DNA of 64,000 nucleotides from Guillardia theta CCMP2712. Lineage: Eukaryota; Protista; Cryptophyta. The position numbers and the translations under genes are program-made. The notes under the pieces were generated by a model, which did no database searches, had not been told where the DNA came from, and worked only from the letters and a program-made list of their open reading frames with translations. The stretch spans positions 172,229 through 236,228 of the forward strand of contig NW_005434569.1 in NCBI RefSeq assembly GCF_000315625.1, in the 5' to 3' direction. Shown here in pieces: positions 58,210 to 64,000 of the stretch (positions are counted from its first letter, which is position 1; the number at the start of each line of letters is the position of its first letter).

Positions 58210-59475
58210 TCAGTTACATTCATCAATGTAAGCTATTTCATCCCTGAGAAACAAGCCAATTTGTGCTGCAACTGCCCCAAATCCTGATGGAGATAGTATC
58301 ACAGCATCACTCAGAGCTAACAACATCGTATCAACCCATGAACCTAGGCTCCCAGACACGGAATTGGACCTTCCTCTATCTGTGTGGTATGGAGGGTACT
58401 TCGAGACGTAGGACATGTTTGGAAACTGTGATTGGAATAGTTGTTTCAGAGCATTACTGTCTGATACGAGGACAGTAACGAACTGTTGAAATTTCAACTT
58501 GCGTGCCAAGTAAGACGCACATACCATGACACGGCGTCCTATGTCTGCCAAGGTACCTTTCACCCGATGATCACTTCCAACACCCATTGCAATGTCTCCT
58601 ATCCGAATATGACATGCGATAATCGACCTTGATTGCTTTAGGGTGTTGAGTGAACGAACTTCACCCAAGACTGCGTTCGTGAGTTCATCATTGAGAGAAA
58701 ACAGGTGCCAGAAAGTACATCCAACCATATGATAAGTTCCTCCATAGACATGATAGCCGTTAGTTATTGGAGCAGATGAATCTTCAAAGTACAGAGCACT
58801 AGTCAGGTTGGTTTCATTCGTTCCACAATCCATTTGTAGAGCATCCATGTTTGAGTACAAGCGAATGTTGTCAAATTGTTTCCAGTTGAGCCCCAAAGGC
58901 TTTCTACTATCCATTATGTGAACATCAGCTGCCCTCATCTGTGAACCCGGCTTAGCAAGCCATGATACACTTGGACGTTGTACGAAGAATCGACTGATGG
59001 GAACTGGGTGTGTCCAATCCAACAACAAATCGTATCCCATACAAAGAGAAAGATACATTGCATGAGCAAGCCCACGAAGTCTGTCACCATTGCCTCCGCA
59101 AAACGATTTGCATGCCCAAATCAGATTCCGTCCATTGCTCCATCTGGACCTGTGCTTCTGGAATATATCATGCCACCGACGGAAATGGCATTTGTTTGAA
59201 ATGTTTTGCATTCGAATTTTGACCGTTTGTGGTAGAATTCTCCACAATTGCATTGCCAAAATAGGTGATCCTCCGACCAAAGGTATTGCGCTCTGTGGAA
59301 ACTTGACCACATTTTGCTTAATCGACACAGATAAGTTGTAATTGATCAAACAATCGTGCAGAGAGGTCAACTTCAAGTTATAGTCAGTGAAATTATACCG
59401 AGCATCTTTTAACCAAGGAAAGATAATAACGGAAATAGCAATCCATGCAACAAAGCAATGTTGAGACTGTCGCAT
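58210..59475 (-). CDS. Fucosyltransferase-like protein (GT-B; GT11/GT23/GT37 group), type II membrane
   Basis: GGNGDRLRG, HIRIGD (motif I), LVSDS (motif II), DTMLLALSDAVILSPSGFG (motif III). Confidence 0.82.
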   Translation of the reverse strand: MRQSQHCFVAWIAISVIIFPWLKDARYNFTDYNLKLTSLHDCLINYNLSVSIKQNVVKFPQSAIPLVGGSPILAMQLWRILPQTVKIRMQNISNKCHFRRWHDIFQKHRSRWSNGRNLIWACKSFCGGNGDRLRGLAHAMYLSLCMGYDLLLDWTHPVPISRFFVQRPSVSWLAKPGSQMRAADVHIMDSRKPLGLNWKQFDNIRLYSNMDALQMDCGTNETNLTSALYFEDSSAPITNGYHVYGGTYHMVGCTFWHLFSLNDELTNAVLGEVRSLNTLKQSRSIIACHIRIGDIAMGVGSDHRVKGTLADIGRRVMVCASYLARKLKFQQFVTVLVSDSNALKQLFQSQFPNMSYVSKYPPYHTDRGRSNSVSGSLGSWVDTMLLALSDAVILSPSGFGAVAAQIGLFLRDEIAYIDECN

Positions 59476-61981
59476 AGTTCATCCAATCATAGTTTTGTCT
59501 TGCCCCAGTGGGTATAGAAAAGCAGGGAAGAACAAACTGCGACGATTAATGAAATCTGGGTTGGATTCTACGATTGGGATGTTTTGAGATTTTCAAAAAG
59601 GTACAGGAGCAAAGGGGAAAAAAAACAAGGGCGACATTTAGGGGCAGGGTTGACAGCCTTTACTCAATTCTAACCCGCTCCCGGTACCCCCCCCCGTACA
59701 GATCGGTACCGGGTGCCTTGCGGCCCGTCCGTTGCGACTTGTCCCACTTTCAAACCCGCCCCGCATGCCCCATGGCGGCGACGCCCGCCGCCTCCCCCCC
59801 CCACCGTGACAGCCGCCGGTTGCATCCCCTGCCCCATCCCGGCTGCCATGCTCCTCTCCCCCATGATGGACTCACCATGCAGTGTCTCACTCAAGGGTCG
59901 TCTTCAAGCGTGCGGTCTCTCTGAGTCACGGAGGCTTGACGGTTGCCTTCCCATGATCATCCCGGATCAGGCCCAACCTCGTGGCAGTGAGACACCGACG
60001 CTTCTGGACCATGCGATGCTTTTCGACGCTTTTCGACAACATCTACTTCGACTGACACATTGTAAACTATACTACTATGTATAAAGAGACACCCGGGAAT
60101 CCTTCAGTGCCCCATATCATGCCACAACTTGATCCGTCTATGTCTTGATGTCAACATTCGGCATCAAACCTCTCACCCGCCTCCTCCCGCCACATGTGAC
60201 GCATGGCCTGAGACGTGCGTCCCAGTCTTCCATCCCACCTGGGAGCGTTGTTCCCATTCACCGTGTCATTGGCTTGCCATCCTGGCAAGCATTGTCTCGG
60301 AAGTTGAACGGTCACCTACCATTCATAACATAGCGTTGTCGCTCTCAACTGACCCCTCTGGTTTCCAATAGTTTTCTGTGGGGGTATCCTTCCACACATG
60401 TGAATAGCAAATGGCAGTTGGGGTCTGGGGTGGGTCAGACGGCTTGGAGCTGATTCAAATTGGTTGGGACCTGTTTAAGGGGGTAGGGTACTTCCTGGTA
60501 GCAAATAATTGTACCAACAGTACCAATTTTATGGTACATATTCGAGTACTGTTAGGAAAACTTGTACCAAAATAGTTTATGTGGTACCTCCCCTGTTCAA
60601 ACTATGATGCTTTGGACCCACCTGTTTCCCAGTGAAAGTCCCTTCTCCGATGGGGTCAAGTTTTGGACCCTACCCTGCCTCCGACCAACATAGACCACCC
60701 TTGTAGATCAGAGGGAGCTCTCAAGCCTTGCCCCTTCCCTTCCCTGGTTGCATATCCAAGGTTAGCAAGTGAATGTTACGCAGACGTGACTCATCTGCAG
60801 CAGGAGAGCTCAGACCAGGACAAGCAGATTCAATCCCTGCAGAATCTGGTGTGAGCGCAGCAGTCTGAAAACATCTCTGTGATTGCAAACACATGTAAAG
60901 AGGGTTGATCATCATAGATTTTAGCAGCTTGAATAAGGAGTACTCCGCACGGACCGTCCGCTAGTGGCGCTGTACGATGGATGACATTGACTCTCATGAG
61001 CAATAAGTAGGAAGTCATGAAGCATGTCACGGAGACAGCATGATCTATACTTATTTCATAGGAATCTGCTGCAAAGAGTCGGGCTTGAGGGCGGTCTGAG
61101 CAAGATGCAAGAGTATTGCCAAGGCATGTAAAGAGTTTCAAGGAATACCAGTGCATTCATCAAATGGCAGTGATGAGGTACCACATGAAGGCATGACTTG
61201 CAAATTGATTGCATGTCGTGTTCTATTTCATGACTTACAATCAAGACGCTTTGAGCGACAAAACGATACCCCTTATAGCATTGTAAATCATATTTCATTT
61301 CCTTCACCTCGAGTCGAAGCAAGAAATTTTCAAGGTGCTGATATCTTTGTTGTGACTAGACTGACATGGTATCAGGAGCAATTAATTGATGTTGGATCCG
61401 ATTGAATCATGCAGACGAAAATGGACATACCCTTTTGAATAAATCTTTCTTCTCGAGTCTCATACCAGAGCTTTCTTGCCTCTTTCTTTGTAACCTAACA
61501 TGTACAAAGCATTGGCATTTTCTTACACAAAGTAAACTGAGCCTGACCAGCTTCTATTCGCTGCATTCTCGCCCTTCCATCATCCTGATCTTTTCCTCGC
61601 TTGACACCCTTGGGCCAATGCGAGTTGCATGCTGCGATATCATCAATTGTTTGGAACCAAGCGATAAGTGGAACAAAGCGCTCAGGTGCTATGCAGGCTG
61701 CAATGCATCGCCGGCATTCCAACCATATGGATAAGTTTGCCAACTTTGCGCTGCTCATATTACTTGCAGCGAAAGTCAACCATTCCAGATGATAAGGACA
61801 ATGTATGAGACTTGCGCAGAAGAATGTGCAAACACTTCCACACGACGGTGAGTGTGCACGATTCCACATACACAAGAATGCTGCGCAGAAGTATCTACCA
61901 ATTTCTTGTCTAACCACTCTTTTGATGAATGAGCATCGACTTCTCTAACATGTACATCAGGTCATGCAGGCTCATGGAGAA

Positions 61982-63113
61982 ATGATGATGTTGTTAGCAA
62001 CAACTTGGCTTTGTTTTATTGAAGTACGTTGAAAACATCACCTAGGCCGCTACATATTCCCATGTCCGCTTTGCAACAGTTCTAAACCACGTATCACCAT
62101 AAAGTTGTACATCATTCGACTAGTCCGATAACATCTTCATGTAGAGTCTCAGTTTCAAGCACAACGCGGTTTGGAGCGATACTGTGACTTGTTTGCCTGG
62201 TATGATTACATGTGACATGCTCTCTTACACAATTGAAGAGTATTGTAGAAAATTCAGTCAAGCGGTGCACAGTGCAGCCTTTCTTTCTTGCTATTCATCA
62301 AACATAGTGTATCAAACAGATGTCATCGTGTGGATCGACGCAAAATAAAGATGAACTCGAAGTTCTGTCTGAAAAATGACCCTTTGCAAGTACTGATGGA
62401 TCGAGAGCAAGTTCTTGATGCTGTATCATTGAGAAGTAAAATGACAGTCATAAGCCAGTGCTATACGACTCGTATCCATCAGCTTGAAATATGAACCACT
62501 GAGTTTCATGCCATGAATCATCTTTCCTCCCGCATTCAAACTGAGAAACTCAGTGCTTGTCAACTCATGGGCATGGTTTCAGAGTTTGAATTTCCAGCAA
62601 GTTGAGGAAGGACAAGGCAGACAGAAGCGTCAAAGAAAGTTGAGGGTCATCAGGGAAGGTCTGACGAGAGTCTGAGACTCATAGACAGGGAAGGATAGGG
62701 ATGCGCAAGTGCGGAGGGCAGGGAGATGGGGAGGGAGACCCCCTCTGCTAAATGTATTTTAAAAGGTACCCATTACAGTACCAGACCAAGACCTCTACCC
62801 CCCACCCCCCTGTCGCGTCCGTTGGGTTCGAATATTTGAAATACTACCACGCCTACCCATCAGGTTCTGGTACAAATCATTACTCCACTATACAAGGGCC
62901 TAAGTGATCCTATGCAAAGGCAATAGGAACAACTGTTTACTTATCTAAGCTCTCAATTACCCCCAGTTGCCGTTGAACGTGCAGCGCTGGAAATGGATTT
63001 TCAAACCTTCCAATCCTTCGATTTTTTACTCACACACAATTTTGTACTGGAAAATGCCTGGATCTGGTACAAATCCCAATTGTCAGCAAGTTCCTTGACC
63101 CGACAACGCTATG
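61982..63113 (+). repeat. Diverged inverted duplicate of 53820-54445, with extra ~355-bp insert at ~62631-62985
   Basis: ACAGAAGCGT|GGAAATGGA contiguous in the other copy but split here. Confidence 0.8.
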
Positions 63114-63936
63114 GGCCGTGACCGGTCAGCGGACCGTGTCAGCAGGCCCGTGACATGTCAGCCGGCTGACAGGGTCCGTGACCCGGCTGACAGGCTCACC
63201 TGACCGGTCACGTGACACATCACGTGACCGAGACAAGACTTTTTTATATCGCAGATCCAAAAACCCATAGGACATTTCTCCCAGGGGGAAGAAAACCTCC
63301 CTTGACCCCCCTGTTTCTCGACGGATCCTGCCGGCCGGGCCCGTCAGTAGACCGACTGCAGCCTTCAGCCCCGCCTCAGACCCCCTGGAGGCCCGCCAGG
63401 AGGCTAAGTGTCCGGAGATTGGCCGGGGGCCTGATCTCTCCGGGCGGCCGTGACCGGTCAGCGGACCGTGTCAGCAGGCCCGTGACATGTCAGCCGGCTG
63501 ACAGGGGCCGTGACCCGGCTGACAGGCTCACCTGACCGGTCACGTGACACATCACGTGACCGAGACAAGACTTTTTTATATCGCAGATCCAAAAACCCAT
63601 AGGACATTTCTCCCAGGGGGAAGAAAACCTCCCTTGACCCCCCTGTTTCTCGACGGATCCTGCCGGCCGGGCCCGTCAGTAGACCGACTGCAGCCTTCAG
63701 CCCCGCCTCAGACCCCCTGGAGGCCCGCCAGGAGGCTAAGTGTCCGGAGATTGGCCGGGGGCCTGATCTCTCCGGGCGGCCGTGACCGGTCAGCGGACCG
63801 TGTCAGCAGGCCCGTGACATGTCAGCCGGCTGACAGGGGCCGTGACCCGGCTGACAGGCTCACCTGACCGGTCACGTGACACATCACGTGACCGAGACAA
63901 GACTTTTTTATATCGCAGATCCAAAAACCCATAGGA
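63114..63936 (+). repeat. Tandem array of a 332-bp unit (~2.5 copies), inverted relative to 1-674
   Basis: Period 332 (63212 vs 63544); lacks the 5-nt CTACC present in the left units; unique sequence on both sides. Confidence 0.97.
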
Positions 63937-64000
63937 TCTGGTACCATGTCATGGTGAAATTTCGAAGTGGAATCATCCGAAATTGGAACGGAAGAATGTC

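Noticed and set aside
63212-63867. Two identical 107-aa ORFs
   Set aside because: Translations of the tandem unit with GTG starts; the 5-nt indel in the left copies breaks the frame.
1-63936. Confident call of terminal inverted repeats delimiting a 64-kb element
   Set aside because: Arrays interrupt genes, junction phases differ, no TSD visible and left flank is outside the window; kept only as an alternative.
42856-64000. Naming the host (cryptophyte-like impression from tiny introns, GTAC-rich repeats, GCC2/GCC3 fragment)
   Set aside because: No diagnostic marker gene in the window; impression only.

Overview
Eukaryotic DNA carrying a large herpes/HK97-lineage (Duplodnaviria) virus segment, most consistent with a mirusvirus, probably endogenous and partly decayed. 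The GC-rich, gene-dense left part (~675-42855) encodes a spliceosomal-intron-split large terminase with antisense genes nested in its intron and no Walker A exon in the window, an assemblin/HK97-type maturation protease, a ~6,400-aa Cys-rich membrane protein divergently paired with two GT8 glycosyltransferases and an acyltransferase-3-like gene, a further GT-A enzyme, two kinase-like genes, two PD-(D/E)xK-type nucleases and many orphans, most with TATA boxes and AATAAA signals. After an abrupt compositional break at ~42855 the sequence is an AT-richer mosaic: three RING proteins (two only complete after splicing of short introns), a Bro-N-like gene, a J-domain gene, GT25 and fucosyltransferase-like genes, gene fragments and several hairpin-bearing tandem repeats. 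A palindrome-rich 332/337-bp tandem repeat occurs near both window ends in opposite orientation, but both arrays appear to interrupt pre-existing sequence. No major capsid protein, portal, DNA polymerase, rRNA, tRNA or CRISPR was recognised. All family calls are from motif recognition by eye, not database searches.
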